Below, piece by piece: positions 8,821-21,700 of a stretch of DNA of 58,206 nt. The notes under the pieces were generated by a model. The model saw only the letters and a program-made list of their open reading frames with translations. It had not been told where the DNA came from and did no database searches. The first letter of the stretch is position 1; every line of letters begins with the position of its first letter. Position numbers and translations under genes: made by a program. The DNA comes from a virus (lineage: Duplodnaviria > Caudoviricetes), in IMG/VR virus record IMGVR_UViG_3300017744_005100, positions 1-58,206 of that record; one strand, given 5' to 3'.

Positions 8821-11800
8821 TTATTCTTCCACCTTAGTATCTATTAACTCTGACCTTTCTTCTATAACTTTTTTGAGTTTAGCTGATTTTACTTTTTGTA
8901 CTTCTTGTGTAAACTTCAAGTTAATATCGAATGCTCTCTTTGTTTTTTTAGACCTAACTCTAATTTTAAACTTTGGTGGTGCGTTTGTAACACCCTTAGT
9001 TTTTCCTGTTTTAATTGTTGAAAACAATTTTTTAGTTCCAATTTGCTCTGCATTTTGAGGAATTGTTTCATCAAAACTTGGCTTAATCTTAATTAGTTTT
9101 TTAAATGTCTTCGAAGCTGTTTTTTCCTCAATAATGACAAATTCATATGGTTTTAGATCAACATATGTGTAGCCAGAATCATTTACTAATTTAATTCTGT
9201 ATACGGTGCTTGCACCAGAATATAACCCTGTCAGGTCTCTAGTCCCGAATACATACCAGTAATCCTTGTTTGGCACTAAGTTATCAATTAACTCGCCAGA
9301 ATTCCATGAAATTTCTTGGAACTTTGAATTTGGACCAGTAATCAACTCAAACAAATCTTGGGGCTCATTATCAGTTCTTAAAACAATAACTGAGTTTAAA
9401 TCGTTCTGAGATGCTGCCAATACAAAGTCTTCACTCTTTGATTGTTCCTTCAATTTGGCTAGTACAGTCTCGCCATTATAGATTGACAAGAAGTCATCTA
9501 TTGGCTGTTGATAATCTTCACTCTGTACTCTCTCTTGGAATCTAATCAAAATTTTGTTATCGATGTCTGCTAAAGGAACAAAGGTTATGTCTGGTGGCAT
9601 TGGGACACGGGCAACAGTAGACACTTTAATATCTGTTATTGGAACTTCAACTGTTGACTTACTATCCATCTCATTAACAGTACAAGAGTAAGATTTGAAA
9701 GTTTTATTTGTTTGATTAACAGTTTTCTTTGTCTGACACCTGTTTATATTAGTTGACTCGTTTGCTGGTGAGAACAATACATTGTTAATTATTTTTTTGC
9801 CATCAATTGTTTTTGGACCGCCAGATCTAGTTGCAATTTCAATTTTGCTATCAAACGGAACATCGCCAAAGCCATCTGAATTTAGGTAACCGTATTTTTT
9901 ACAATCTAAAATATTTCCTAAAAACTCATTTTTATCAGAAATAACATTATACTCTCTCAATAGTTCTGTTAAAAGCTTCGATATTGTAGGGTGTCTTTTT
10001 GGATTATTAGTATCTGCTGCTCTACGACAAAGTAGGCAAAACAATTCATTTTTTCTTTTATTAAATGCTTCTTTTATTGATTGAGAGCCGATATTTATGG
10101 TTTCATCGACTCCAACCTCTGATAGTGTTTTAATTGGAATAACATTATTAATTTTAACAATTAAACCTTCTCCAAGTATTGGATCGTTTTTATATTTTAA
10201 AATTTGGTTATTTAGTCCTGCCAATTGCTCACCTTTGGTGGGAATAAATTTTTTATTTTTTGCCAAGTTGTATGCCCTGTAAAGGTAAACAGTCAAGAAT
10301 GGCATTTCATAAAAATATTGATCATTAAGGAATGGCAAAATACTGTTTGGCTTAGCTTTGCTAATTCCAAGATTAAAAACAGCAGGATCGGTAAGCCCTT
10401 TTACATTTTTTAAAAATACTCCGACTGCATCATCTTTACTATTTCCTGGTCCTAAAAGATCAGAAAATTCTTTCAAAGTTAAAGATCTATCTAAGTTATC
10501 TTCAGTTTTTTCAACTTTTTTCCAAAAAGTTTTAGCTTCGTTAAGACCAAAATCATTTTCTAATGATATTGAAAGTTTATCATCTATATCTTGTTGACTA
10601 CCTTGTATTTGGTATAACTGAGACCCTTTTGTAATATTTGTAAATCTACAACATGGGTTAATAAACTGGTCATCTTGATCAACATTGTCTACAATGATCT
10701 GCTTTGTTGTGCCTGGAACGATTGTCTCATCAAACTTTAGTTTGCCAGGAGTATAGCTATAAAACTTGCCATCAACCTCATAAACACCAAAGACTGTATA
10801 GTAATATGCTTTTCCATAAATAACTTGAGAATCAAATAAGGTTAGTTCTTTATCCTCGTCCGCCTGCTGTACATCAATGTAAAAGTTTTGAATAATACTG
10901 TTTGTATACTGCTCTGCCGTTACATCATTAGCATATGGATCAAATGGAAGGGTGCTCTTTACAACTCTAAGACCAGAAAGTCTAGAGTTTCTATGTAATT
11001 CAGCATCAAATGCTGAAATTGAGGGGAAATGTGTAGGTCCAAACTTAAAACTTTTAATTAAAAGCTGATACATTTCACTCATGTTGTAGTTTGTGAAAGA
11101 ACCTTTGCCTTGTTGGATGGTAAAAGTCGCTGTGTTGGCAAACCTTGGATCATAAAAGCCAAACAAGAGATCTGCCAATCTTTCATAGCCAAATGCAGCG
11201 GCACCATTTAAGTATTTCTCTATAAAGTTTGTTCCTATGTTTGGTTCTTCAACAAAAGAAAAGTTATTTGATGTTCCATTTGAAATAATTGTGGCAGGTA
11301 TTTTAAATTGATTTTCAATTACATTTTTCTTACTATCTGTAAGTTTAAAAAGATTTTCAGATACTAAAAATGATTTTGCTAGGTCAGGATCAACTACTAA
11401 ACTGTCTCCGAGTCTATAATTTAATAACGAGTTCCTAACAACTTCTGCTTGTTTCTCTGTGGCACTCCAAGCATGTCTTAGGAAAGAAGTCTCTGTAATA
11501 AGTTTAGCTAGTTGCTCATAACTGCCAATTGAGCTATAGTTTAATGGAACTGCAAAGTCATTATCGTTAGATGGTCTGTTAACAATGCTCTTATCAGTTT
11601 TGATATAATCAATTATGTTTCTTTTATTTTTTGGCAACTTTGGTATTGAAATTGTGACAATGTTGTATAGTTTTTCTACTCCAATATTGCCCTCACCGCC
11701 TGGGTCTAACACTGTTGCATTAATATCCGCTGATTTTTCGCCGTTATAAATAATATTTTTTAATTTATCAACAACAGTGACACCACTCTCATTGCTTGCT

Positions 11801-12651
11801 TGCTCAACAAACTCTTCGTTATTTGGTCCAGTTAATTTAACCTCTTTTAACAAAAGTTCTTTTGTTCCTGCAACTTGATATTGCTCAAATGCATATGCAT
11901 ATGTTAAACTAGTCTCATCTTTGCTGGCATCTAGCTCGCCATTAGTAAAAAATTCATCGCCATTTGAAACATCAAATGTGTTTAAAAAATTTGATGCAAC
12001 TCTAGCTGATATACTAAATTCATCTAAATCTTTTACTACAAAGTTTCTATCCTCAAAGAAATCTCCAGCATTACTTTCTTGCTGTTTATTTATCAATTCA
12101 AATATTCTATACAAAGCCCTAAGAGCTTTATTGCCGTCATCAGACATTTCACCTACTTCGTTAAGAGTGAATTTATCATTTTGTAAAACTTTATCACTTA
12201 GTTTTATTGTTACTTGACCGGCATCAGCAACTGTGCTGTCAAACAAAGACATTCTTGGTGTAAATGGGATAGGTAGCTCAATAAATGGCGGATCTCCGAT
12301 ACCAGCTTGGGGATTAATAACAACAAATTTTCCTATGCCTAAACCTGTAACTCTTCGGAGTAAATCTTTAAAATGTTCGCCTTGAATTTGTGTAAAGTCA
12401 CCTACTGGATTTTCTTTATTCTTGTCTTTTTCCAAGCCACTGGCGGCAGGGAAAGCATTAACAAATTTGACATTGTTACCACCTGTCAAGCCTTTAAAAT
12501 AAAGATCTAAAATAAACTGTACTGGATCTTCTAAAGCTCCAATATTACCAGCCGGAATAAAATACTCTTTAAGGTTTGCTAAATCTTGTTGTGTAATTTC
12601 TTCAAAGTTATTAAAAAAGAATAGTTTTGTAGGTTTAAAGTTTTCTGCCAT
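8821..12651 (-). CDS. Large putative virion protein (1276 aa) with FN3/Ig-like segments
   Basis: Two beta-sandwich-like motifs (FDSQVIYGKAYYYTVF; IDNLVPNKDYWYVFGTRD); located in the baseplate module. Confidence 0.5.
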   Translation of the reverse strand: MAENFKPTKLFFFNNFEEITQQDLANLKEYFIPAGNIGALEDPVQFILDLYFKGLTGGNNVKFVNAFPAASGLEKDKNKENPVGDFTQIQGEHFKDLLRRVTGLGIGKFVVINPQAGIGDPPFIELPIPFTPRMSLFDSTVADAGQVTIKLSDKVLQNDKFTLNEVGEMSDDGNKALRALYRIFELINKQQESNAGDFFEDRNFVVKDLDEFSISARVASNFLNTFDVSNGDEFFTNGELDASKDETSLTYAYAFEQYQVAGTKELLLKEVKLTGPNNEEFVEQASNESGVTVVDKLKNIIYNGEKSADINATVLDPGGEGNIGVEKLYNIVTISIPKLPKNKRNIIDYIKTDKSIVNRPSNDNDFAVPLNYSSIGSYEQLAKLITETSFLRHAWSATEKQAEVVRNSLLNYRLGDSLVVDPDLAKSFLVSENLFKLTDSKKNVIENQFKIPATIISNGTSNNFSFVEEPNIGTNFIEKYLNGAAAFGYERLADLLFGFYDPRFANTATFTIQQGKGSFTNYNMSEMYQLLIKSFKFGPTHFPSISAFDAELHRNSRLSGLRVVKSTLPFDPYANDVTAEQYTNSIIQNFYIDVQQADEDKELTLFDSQVIYGKAYYYTVFGVYEVDGKFYSYTPGKLKFDETIVPGTTKQIIVDNVDQDDQFINPCCRFTNITKGSQLYQIQGSQQDIDDKLSISLENDFGLNEAKTFWKKVEKTEDNLDRSLTLKEFSDLLGPGNSKDDAVGVFLKNVKGLTDPAVFNLGISKAKPNSILPFLNDQYFYEMPFLTVYLYRAYNLAKNKKFIPTKGEQLAGLNNQILKYKNDPILGEGLIVKINNVIPIKTLSEVGVDETINIGSQSIKEAFNKRKNELFCLLCRRAADTNNPKRHPTISKLLTELLREYNVISDKNEFLGNILDCKKYGYLNSDGFGDVPFDSKIEIATRSGGPKTIDGKKIINNVLFSPANESTNINRCQTKKTVNQTNKTFKSYSCTVNEMDSKSTVEVPITDIKVSTVARVPMPPDITFVPLADIDNKILIRFQERVQSEDYQQPIDDFLSIYNGETVLAKLKEQSKSEDFVLAASQNDLNSVIVLRTDNEPQDLFELITGPNSKFQEISWNSGELIDNLVPNKDYWYVFGTRDLTGLYSGASTVYRIKLVNDSGYTYVDLKPYEFVIIEEKTASKTFKKLIKIKPSFDETIPQNAEQIGTKKLFSTIKTGKTKGVTNAPPKFKIRVRSKKTKRAFDINLKFTQEVQKVKSAKLKKVIEERSELIDTKVEE

Positions 12652-12652
12652 C

Positions 12653-14893
12653 TTATACTGCCAAAATAAAATATCTGTTATAAATAGATGTCCTTAACAG
12701 TTCTGGAGTTTCTATTCCATAACTTGCATTCTTATATGTATCAATAAGACATAGGTGGTTTGTGTTTTCCTCTAGCGAGGTTAGTTTATCATAATCTAAA
12801 ACAACAAAACTACTATCTTCCTCGGAGTATACTTTAACACAAAATACAGATTTAAAGTTGTGGTAAATTAACCCAAAGTTGGTTATTTGATTTAAAAGGT
12901 TTTCTCTTCTCAAATATGCAGGCTGTTCGTCCCCTGTGTTTGTTGAATAAAACGATGATAGGAATTGTGCTTGAATTGGTAAATCTTGTTGATTCGCAGC
13001 CTCTTCAATCGCATAGTATGGTTCATAGAAGTCATTGTTATGTAATGCTTTAACTCTATTTAAAAGTGCATAAGCTATTAGGCTATTACCAATAAAGCTT
13101 TCCTTATTAACTGTTCTTTTGGTCAATGCTTCATTCTCTGGTATATCTAACCTAATCGGTCCATCACATAAATTTGTTGTTAGTGTGGTTGGTACTTGAA
13201 AAGTTTTTACAATATTGTCCTTGATTGCTAAAGCAGAGTTTGCTGTTAGTGCCACTCTAAAATTAACATTTTGTGCCACACTTAAACTGTTTAGTGTAAA
13301 GTTGTTTTGTTCTGTCCTATCTTCTGTTAGAACTTCTTGCTTAGTTAATCCGTCTATCTTCTTAGAGGGATACACAATAGGATCTTTGTCTATATTTTTA
13401 TTTATGATGTCATTAAATGAATTTAAGTATCTTAAAGTATCATCATAGGAGATGTCTTCTAATGGCGAGGACTCATTATTTAGTGCCTCAACTCCATCGA
13501 TTGTAAGATTTAAAGAAGTTAAATACCCAAAATAATTGTTAACTATTTGTTCTTCGCTAAAATATTTTGATGCCTCAGAAAGACCCCGACCAAGTAACTC
13601 TTCCCTGCTGAATGTACCAACCAAATCAGCCTTCTCTTCTAACACATTTACACCAAAGTTTATTTTAGAAATATCGATAATTCTTCCAAAATCCTTATTG
13701 ATTGAATTATCTGTGTTGTCTAAAAGATGTTTAGCCTCTAATGAATTTAAAAGCACATTATAAATTTTCTCATTGATATTAAGTAAAATTCTTCTAACTT
13801 CATCATTTAAGTTAATTGATTCGCTATTATCATAAAATTTAAAAACATCATCAATATTTTCCGATGTCTGTCGGATGTAGTCTTTAAATGTGTCTATTGT
13901 ATTTTTTGTTTGGAAGCTAAATATTTCAATAATTGAACCGTTGTTTATTTGTAATTCTGAGAGAAAGTTATTTTCGTTCCTCAAAGCTGGCAATAAAATA
14001 TTATTTAGGTACTGAACTGTCGCATCAACAAAAGATACTTTTACATCGTATCCATATCTATTTGTTCTATCAAAATCTTTTGGTATTTTCAGAGATGCTG
14101 CATATGTTTCACCCATTACTTGTTTTAAGTTGCTATCAAAAGTACTTGGACTTATGTAAATGTTCTCATTGTCGTTATAAAAATATCCCAAAACATTTTC
14201 TACTAATGGTGTAGTCTCTAAATAATCATTGAATTCCTTATTTTTGTTTAAAAATTCAACAGAATTATTGTCTTTTGCAAATGACATTGAGTCTATACCA
14301 AAAAAGCATCCCAATGTGTTATCTGTTTTAAAGTGAAAAAATAAATCAGTCATATAAGAATAATTGTTCTTCTTATTAAAGTTTTTTGTAAAAAATTCTT
14401 CTTGCAACTCATATGGTGTTTTTTCTATAGATGAGTAGCTGGTCTCGTCTGCTATTGTGTAATCAACAAACTCTTTGTTAACAATTGACTTATTTTTAAT
14501 AATAACATCTTTAAAAATTTTATTGTAAGCTAACTCATTACCCTCGTTATATATCTTGACATACGAAAATAGTGAATCAAACTTATTCTTGAGATTGACT
14601 CCTACATTAACTAATATGCCATTGTTTGTCTGAGTTGCGACATCGATTAGATCATATGTGTTTTCTTCTTTGTAGTAGCTTGTAGGGACTAAATCAATAT
14701 CTTCCGTATATGAGAATCCAAAGGAAATTTTTGAATCTATGAAAGTTTCTTGTATCTCAATATCGCTAATCAAAAACTGACACAAAATTCTTTTATCACC
14801 TAGGTTAGATGCTAGTTCATATGACAATGATTCTAGTTTAATGTCATTGTTTGTTACTGATTCTTGATTTAAGATTTCGATCATTATTGACAT
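12653..14893 (-). CDS. Hypothetical protein (746 aa), probably structural
   Basis: Long acidic, Asn-rich ORF translationally coupled within the structural module. Confidence 0.5.
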   Translation of the reverse strand: MSIMIEILNQESVTNNDIKLESLSYELASNLGDKRILCQFLISDIEIQETFIDSKISFGFSYTEDIDLVPTSYYKEENTYDLIDVATQTNNGILVNVGVNLKNKFDSLFSYVKIYNEGNELAYNKIFKDVIIKNKSIVNKEFVDYTIADETSYSSIEKTPYELQEEFFTKNFNKKNNYSYMTDLFFHFKTDNTLGCFFGIDSMSFAKDNNSVEFLNKNKEFNDYLETTPLVENVLGYFYNDNENIYISPSTFDSNLKQVMGETYAASLKIPKDFDRTNRYGYDVKVSFVDATVQYLNNILLPALRNENNFLSELQINNGSIIEIFSFQTKNTIDTFKDYIRQTSENIDDVFKFYDNSESINLNDEVRRILLNINEKIYNVLLNSLEAKHLLDNTDNSINKDFGRIIDISKINFGVNVLEEKADLVGTFSREELLGRGLSEASKYFSEEQIVNNYFGYLTSLNLTIDGVEALNNESSPLEDISYDDTLRYLNSFNDIINKNIDKDPIVYPSKKIDGLTKQEVLTEDRTEQNNFTLNSLSVAQNVNFRVALTANSALAIKDNIVKTFQVPTTLTTNLCDGPIRLDIPENEALTKRTVNKESFIGNSLIAYALLNRVKALHNNDFYEPYYAIEEAANQQDLPIQAQFLSSFYSTNTGDEQPAYLRRENLLNQITNFGLIYHNFKSVFCVKVYSEEDSSFVVLDYDKLTSLEENTNHLCLIDTYKNASYGIETPELLRTSIYNRYFILAV
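12681..12687 (-). promoter_or_regulatory. Candidate late promoter CTATTTA
   Basis: TCTATTTATA about 30 nt upstream of the ATG at 12651. Confidence 0.5.
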
Positions 14894-15741
14894 TCTTCAC
14901 CATCTTCTTCTTGTAAGGCATTATAAATAGAAATTTCTTTGAAATTACTTTCGAATCTAGCCTCTTCATCAAACAACACATTTAGGTAATTTTCTACAGA
15001 GTCTAGGTCTTCAAAATCTTCTTTATCAAAATATAGTCTTTTTAGAGACTTATTCTTTTCAACATTGCCTTCTGTATCTACTACCTCATATATTTCAACT
15101 TCAAACTCTGGACTCTCCCCAGATGAAAAAACATTTGCCTCTTCAATTGAAAGTAAAAGATCTTCATTCCCTTTATCAAAGTAAAGACTTGAAAGGGTGC
15201 CGCCGCCTTTTATTTTTTGCTGTAATTGGTATAGTTTATACTTTACATTAACATAAAACTGTGGAATTCTTTCTTCGTTTGTGTTCACACCATTTAATGA
15301 AGAGGACGAAATAACAATATTGTTTATATCAGTCGTAATAATCTCAGCTTCAGATGTTGAAAAAACATCACTGGCTGGTAAATATTCCCCTTCGTAAAAC
15401 TGTATTGACCATGCAGGAGCATTTTGAGTTCCAATCTCATATGAGCCAATTGGGTTTTTTAAGTTCATCGAAGGAAGTTCTGTATCGTTCTCTTCAATCA
15501 ATAATTGACCTGGAGTTGTATTTTTCGAAAACAAAGATACTGTTGATTTTTGATATAAGCCATCTTTAATTCTTTCTGAGGAGCTATTCTGATTCTCATT
15601 ATTACTCGCATCATAAATGATTTCTGAATCGTAAAACTCATAAAATGCCGGTTTAAATTTATTTATCGACATTAACTCCCTACCCTTCTTTGTTAGAACA
15701 ACATCTAACACTTCTTCTTTTTTATCAAAAATGTCAGCCAT
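14884..15741 (-). CDS. Virion structural protein (N-terminal paralog of 7778-8776)
   Basis: N-terminus LDVVLTKKGRELMS...FKPAFYEFYDSEIIY. Confidence 0.55.
   Translation of the reverse strand: MADIFDKKEEVLDVVLTKKGRELMSINKFKPAFYEFYDSEIIYDASNNENQNSSSERIKDGLYQKSTVSLFSKNTTPGQLLIEENDTELPSMNLKNPIGSYEIGTQNAPAWSIQFYEGEYLPASDVFSTSEAEIITTDINNIVISSSSLNGVNTNEERIPQFYVNVKYKLYQLQQKIKGGGTLSSLYFDKGNEDLLLSIEEANVFSSGESPEFEVEIYEVVDTEGNVEKNKSLKRLYFDKEDFEDLDSVENYLNVLFDEEARFESNFKEISIYNALQEEDGEECQ
14924..14930 (-). promoter_or_regulatory. Candidate late promoter CTATTTA
   Basis: TCTATTTATA about 30 nt upstream of the ATG at 14893. Confidence 0.5.
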
Positions 15742-18700
15742 TATTCTTCATCTCCGTCGTATTCTAAGCCTATGTCAACCTTTGCCATTTCTATTAGAGA
15801 GTAAAAATCATGTGGATAATTGTATCCCAAAACAGGATTGTTTGGTTCTGTGCCATAAATTGATTTATTTTTAATATCATCGTAAGTAAAATTTCTTCGA
15901 TATTTTGCTTTAAATATTTTAAATCTCATTTCTTTTGGTAGCTTACCACCAAAAATATCATTATTTAAAACACTTGGACTAATAATTTCACCCTCTTCAA
16001 TTTTATGATTAATATTAAATTGTTCCATGGCAACTTTGGTGCCAGCACTTGGTAGCACACCTTGCCACCACTTTGATAAGTCTTCTTGGCTTAAATTTTC
16101 TGTTACTTCAAAAATATACATCGCAAAAGGTGGCAATATTTGTCCATATTCATCCTGTTCTAAGCGGTGTGCGGATGCATCTCTAGCATCCATGTAATTT
16201 AATCTTGGTGGTAAAATCAATTCTCTCTGTGTTGCCAACATAGTTGATAACGAGCCTCGATTATCCTTGTCAATATTGCTGTAAGCTCTTTCAAATTGAT
16301 CTATAGGGTAGTGGAAAAATGTCTCTTCCTGACACTCGTTTGTTACAAAAGGTATCACAATCAAAAATTCTTTAAGTTCGGCTGATTTTGACAATTGACT
16401 TACAACTTTTTGTTCTATTTCAAATCCAACGGCGGTAGCTAATGAACCAGTAGTTCTAGCCGCACTAGTTTCTGGACCTCTAGCAAATAATTTTAATCCA
16501 CTGTTTGTGTCTGTTGAATATTGATGCCACACACCTCTATTAACATCAGTTATGGCATCGCCGTCGCCGCCTGATGTTCCATCTGGGTAAAGTGCTGTTA
16601 CACTAACATAGTTGTGTGTGGGGCATTCCCACCTTAGTGTTGGTGTCCATTGCCCAATATTATTTGACACAAATAAATCAACACCAGCTTCAATTGTCAT
16701 AAATGGAGAACTGGAATTTACAGATGATGTGCCAAAGCCTTTAGCTAAGGTAAGGTCTGCGTCGTCCATTTGTTTATTTTTATATGTTTTTGTTGAATAA
16801 AACATTATGTCATTTAATGTAGGATCTCTATCAGTTACAGCAGTTCTAAATGAATTATAGTCAAAATTAATATTTACAATTGCTTCATTGTAAGCCCAAG
16901 AGGCATTTGGCTGGACATATCCGTTTGTTCTTCTAATTTCTTCATTTTCTAAGCCAACCCAATCAAGACCACCACCAGTTGTTGATAGTATCGATTGATA
17001 ATAGCAGGAATGTACTGCATATGGATATCCATTAGCAGACGGATCATCGTGATTTGAAAAATTGGACTTTTTAGAGACTACAATATCTAAGCTATAATTA
17101 TCAAAGTTTCCTTGTGTAAATTTCCACTCTGATTCTGGTTTACTTTTAATTGATGTAAGAACTGAATCTTCAATAAATGTATCTACTACACCAGCATAAA
17201 AGTTAGATGCTGCCAAACCATAATTTGAATCAATATACCCAACAGAAGCAGTGGAATTAAATGTATTTTCATAGTCATTTTCAACAATTAAAGATGACGG
17301 ATTCAAATAAGAGGCTGGATCTATGATCGCCTCAAATGGAATTCTATTCCACTTTTGGTTATTAGCATCCTCAATCTCTCCCCCTGTGACTAAAGGTCCG
17401 TTAACCCAATTAGCACTATCAATAGCGGTACCGGCTCTAATTGATCCATAAGTCAATCTAGAAAATACAACATTGTTCAATGTTTGGAAAGAAGCAACAG
17501 ACCCAGCCAAAGTAGCATCGGGCTGTACAGACTGGCTAAATAATGTTGAAAGTTGTAAAGTCCTTTGTGATGGATAAAATCCATCATAAGGTAGTAGCTT
17601 TTTAGCTGCTGATATTTTTAATGAGATTGTTTTTGCATCTCTTTGTTGTATTTCTCTGACTATTTCAATCGCTGGAATATCATCTGAGTGGGCAAAGGTC
17701 TCCAAGAAAACATTGTTATTCTCTGTTGACTGACTTCCTGTTAAAGATAAAGACTGATAGTTGTCATTTAAAAGGTCGCGACCGGCATCAACAACACTTT
17801 CAACATATTCTGATATTCTGTATTCTGGTATAATTGAGTGATCTTTAGCAATAGTTCTTAATTCGCTATTCCATATAGAGTAGTTATCATCAAATGGTCC
17901 CTGCTGCGCAGAATCTACTGTCCCAAAATGAACTGTATTTCTAGGTAAACTAGATGTTATGTTAACAAATCCAGTAGAACCAGATAAGTAATATCTTCCG
18001 AACCTTACATTCAAATCTCCAATAGAACCACCTTGAGTTGCGGTGTCTTGGTCTCTATTGACCAATTCTCCTCTTTTTGTAGAATCTCCAATGTTATCTC
18101 CGTCAACATCCATTGACCACAATGAATAACTTTGAAAACCGCCACCTTCTTGTGACCCATTTAGTTTTGCAACTCTATCATCTAAAGAGTCTCGCCAATT
18201 AAAAATAAATGTATTTCTGTCTCTTACTTTTGATAAGTAAGCATTTGTTTCCTTTGGATAGATTGTCTCGCTGTAAAATAATGATATTAATTTAATATTA
18301 TTTACATTTTCTATTGTTGATTTACCAGTATATAAACTTGAAATGTTATAAAATAAAGAATCTCGCTTATCTAATATTTTAAAGTTTTTAGATGGGTACG
18401 GATTTCTTAAATCATCATTTACAGTATCATAATAATTTCCATAAAAATCATATTCAGATGCAAACGGGTAAGTCAAAATTAAATCTTTTTCTGTTGGGAC
18501 ACCACCAAACTTCTCCATGCTTTTTAACAAGTGTAACATTGGCTTGTATTTTGAAGAAACAGGAGAATGTACAACTCTCATTTCATCAGCAGCCGTTGAG
18601 GCAATGATAACATTATTTTCTTTTATGCTTCTTGCAATTGGATGCTCACCAGTTCTTCCTTGCTTGAAAGAAGGGTATCCATATGGTCCATTTATATTTA

Positions 18701-21700
18701 AAAAATAAATACTTGCTGATGTAGGCTGTTCAACACCTGTATAGGCTGTTGGAGCTAGTATCAAATTACTATTTTCAGTTATTTCATAGTGATATCCGTG
18801 AGAGCCTATTTTGCTTGCTGGTGTAGAATAGTAGGCAAAATTAATAATTTGGTTTTCTTCATCACCCCTTAGAGCCCCACTAAAAAATGTGATTCCATAT
18901 GAGCTTGTGTTGATACTATTTGCAGCATATCCATATAAACCATCCATAGATAGTTCTGGATCTGCTGATGTGTTAATCCACCAGTATCCAAAATCTTTCT
19001 TTGGGATTTGGTAATTGAAGAAGCCATTATCTTCAAAGGAACCGGTAAATTTAGTTCCAGGGGCACTTTCTTTGATTCTGTTGACCCTGTTCCTTTGTAC
19101 CTTGTGATATGAAGCTGTCACTGTAGAACCAGACTGGTAACCACCAAAAGCACTTGGCTTAGCCAAAAAGTCGTTTAAGCTGTTAACGGGGTCTCTATTT
19201 CTAAATGGTAGTGCATTGTAAGGGCTTAATTCTGCCGCTTCAACATCTAGGAAGCCTTCACTCAATGTAGCCACTTCGCCAGGGGCTGAGAAGCGGTTAA
19301 CTATAACAGTCTTATTAAATGTGCCATTAGACAATGATCGGTTTGGCAGTTCGAAATCAAGAACACCAGAAACAGCAGTTGATTCAGATTCTGTAATATC
19401 AAAGCCGTTTTGTTGTACAAAGGCAAAGTTGTTTTGTCTTCTACCATTAGTCATAACAACTTGATAATTTTTATCAAAGTTGCCTAAAGTTTTAGAGCCT
19501 GTGGTGGTAGCAATATTTTTAACATTGTAAACTCTCTTAATGGTTTCGTCTCTAGAGAATTTAACTCTTGGAATATTAAAATCATAAGTTGTAGCTGCAT
19601 CGTCTGATCTTGGATTGTGTATTGTGGTCACTTCGCCAGTTGTTGCTGTAACCTTAAACAACTCTGGGCGATCGTCAGTTTCTGCAACCTCTATGTGCCG
19701 ATGTTTATATCCACCAACATGTTGCTCTGTAAAGGGACCTTGTAACGGTTCCTGTGTGCTATAAAATATGTCTGTGTGGTGTCCGTTAAGCACTGCACCG
19801 ACACCACCTGAAAAGAATCCTGCACCTGCGGATTGCTCTGCAAATTTTAATGGTAAATTATTTTGAACTAAATTGACACTTTCAACATCAGAAGTTGTGT
19901 TTGTGATACCAACATTGTATGTTGTAAAATTCTTTGTTATATCGCTTGAAATATTTGGAGTTTCAGTCCGTGTCAAGGTAATTGTGTTTTTGGCTTCTTC
20001 AGTTTGAATTATTGGTAATATTACATTGCCATCTCTAGTAGATGCATCATCCGGTCCAATAGTGTTGCTTAAAATATTGCCTTTTACTTTAGCACCTCTA
20101 GTAATATCAATATGCTTTTCTCTTTGATATGTTGAATGGATAGATGCTCTTGATTTTAATGGTGGGTCGGTACTGTATACATCCAGGTCTTCCCTGTCTC
20201 TTTTTGCTCTAAGCTTGTAGAATGCATTTTGCCCATCTGTATCAACAGCATTTTCGTTTCTTTTATTTTCATATCTGTTTAGATAAGTTTCAATATTTCT
20301 TTCAGAAACTGGATTTTTAGATCCTTTAAATTTTGGGAAGTCTCTTCTTCTTGTTTCTAGTGCGAAAGTACTCCCTTGAACATGTGTATTGAAGTTTTTA
20401 AATGATTCAATAAAATCTTCACCCACCACATCTTTCGGCTTTACATCGGTAGAAGCATCTTCATAGTAGCTTTCGTATGGGGCAATTGGATTCGCAACAC
20501 CTGGAGAATGACCAGATACTGTTTTATTACCAATTTTGTTTTGAGTGTCGATTTTTCTACCAGGAGGCAAAATCCTACTTACATGGCTTCTTTCAAATAA
20601 ATGATTTTCAATTACTGTTCTTACTCTTTCTGATGCATTGGCAGAAGCTGGCATTAAATTGAAGAGAACACTTTCAATCGCACTATCTAAAAATTTATAA
20701 AGTTGAACATACTTTTCTAAATCGGGCTCGTTTTCCACTCTCTCAAAAAAGTTTTGTCGAGCTAACCTCATTTCTTTATGAAATACTTGATGATCAACAA
20801 TTGGAGAACCAATCATGGAAGCATAATCAAGTACACCAGCAAATGTTTTTAGCATCTCTCTTGAAATGGTATCATACATACTTGCTTCTAAAGAGAAAAA
20901 ATATTTAACTGGTCTTGCATCAATAAAGAATTTATCATCATCTCTTGCAAGAATCTCAATCATGTTATCAGTATTAAGATTCTCTGGTATTTGCTGTGTC
21001 ATTATATTCAAATACTGAATATCTTTGACATCTGAGGATACTGGGAATCCCTTGCCTTCAGCAGTGTGTTGAATGCCAACTATTTTTGAATAATTTTCTG
21101 CTGGATACTTTGTAGTAAAAGTCAGAGAACCTGAAGATAAGTCTGGTACTACAAATTCTCCTGAACTGTCCGATGAAGTCACCTGATTAAAGGCAAGGTT
21201 CATTGCTAAAGAATCAAACTTAGGAATAAAGATTGTGTCTAAATTATTTCCTCTAAAACTAAATGAGTTTTTATAAGGTCTTGCTCTACCAAAAGAGGTA
21301 ACATCTCTTGAATGTGATTTTAGTTCATCATCCTCTAAGTAATCTGCCCATGCCAGAACAGATAACAATTTCATATTAGCTCTATGAGTTAAAGACCCTG
21401 TAATATTTTCTTTTTCAGCACCAGCATAAATTCTCTTATCGGCACCTGTGAAGCCTGTTCCTTGTGCTGATGTTAAGGCTGAATTTAACGAAAAGGAATT
21501 TTGTAAAACATCTTGAATGTAGTTATATCCATTAAATTCTAGTGTCCATGGACCGGAGCCAGAAACAACTGTGAATGGATCTAAGTCGTATTTTACACGA
21601 ACTGATAAGCTCCATCTTGAATTATCATACACATCATAGAACCTATCTGATTCTAACAGTACTCCTAAAGATGAACTTAGTTGAAACTTTGCTGTATTAT

